A stretch of 64,000 bases of DNA from positions 21,948,001 to 22,012,000 of the forward strand of contig OZ024749.1 in assembly GCA_964016885.1 (NCBI GenBank), in the 5' to 3' direction. The stretch is from Eledone cirrhosa. Taxonomy: Eukaryota. Positions 63,463 to 64,000 of this stretch are shown in pieces. Every line of letters starts with the position of its first letter. Within the stretch, counting starts at the first letter, position 1. The notes under the pieces are model-generated. The model was not told the DNA's origin and made no database searches. It worked only from the letters and a program-made list of their open reading frames with translations. A program made the position numbers and the translations under genes.

Positions 63463-64000
63463 TATGAGACGTAAAATAAGAAAATTATAAAATTAACTTA
63501 CTTACTAAAATATCACTTCCAACTAATTAGTTTCTGGAATGGAGTAAATATATTTTCCGAAGAAGATATTGAGAAACATTCCGTCGTCAGGGAAGTCTAT
63601 TCTCAGCTAAGTTTCCAGGCAAAGCGAGGATTCTGGAAACTTATTAAAATATAATTCAGTGGATAGGAAATAGCAAAGCGTGGACTGAATTCCTAGCCAT
63701 TGAGAAAATCACTGCCTCTGCGTCTGTGGCAAATTCAAAAAGAATCAATCACGTGACATCGAGGTCAATCAGTGGAAAGTGGTTTGCTAATAAGACAGCG
63801 GCCTGTCTACTACCATAGTAGCAGTCATGGCCAATATTGCTCGACAAATAATTTGGAGATAATTATAAAAAATTAATATCTAGTAACATATATATACATA
63901 CAGATGCATATCAATGCTAGCAAATATATAGGTTTTGTCTTAGTAACATTGTGGTTCAATGCATGGGGTTGCAGAACAATAATATGAGAGACGTAAAATA
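63463..64000 (-). mobile_element. Probable tandem pLTR (period about 522 bp) running off the window end
   Basis: gagacgtaaaata recurs at 63466 and 63988; contains an HHR. Confidence 0.6.
63515..63596 (-). ncRNA. Type I hammerhead ribozyme motif
   Basis: Minus strand: acttcc-CTGACGA-c-ggaatg...cattcc-a-GAAA-ctaatta-GTT-ggaagt. Confidence 0.8.

Overview
Eukaryotic, very AT-rich, gene-free repeat region, most consistent with an octopus (coleoid cephalopod) genome; this is inferred from the tRNA-derived SINE family and the RTE 3' ends. No host gene or CRISPR array is supported, and nearly all ORFs in the supplied track are microsatellite artefacts. The window is a (TA)n microsatellite matrix densely filled with Penelope-like element (PLE) remnants: one Naiad-type RT+GIY-YIG element, four Hydra-type GIY-YIG fragments, one Neptune-like 3' end, and many ORF-less pseudo-LTR (pLTR) pieces arranged as 420-590 bp tandem repeats or fold-back palindromes. 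By eye I find more than 25 type I hammerhead ribozyme (HHR) motifs from about 17 sequence families, including U3:A8 and U4C core variants. Also present are a near-full-length degraded RTE LINE with a bipartite non-autonomous relative, six SINE copies, hAT and mariner-type MITEs, and a 32-bp minisatellite inside a hAT element. Most notable: retrozyme-like HHR tandem arrays; a covarying hairpin (RCTC...GAGYRCT) 3' of the HHR in unrelated families; reiterated short repeats at fold-back apices that end at HHR stem II; and an otherwise open Hydra-type ORF whose only internal stop is a TGA at a conserved zinc-ligand Cys. Coordinates and folds were read by eye and may be off by a few bases.
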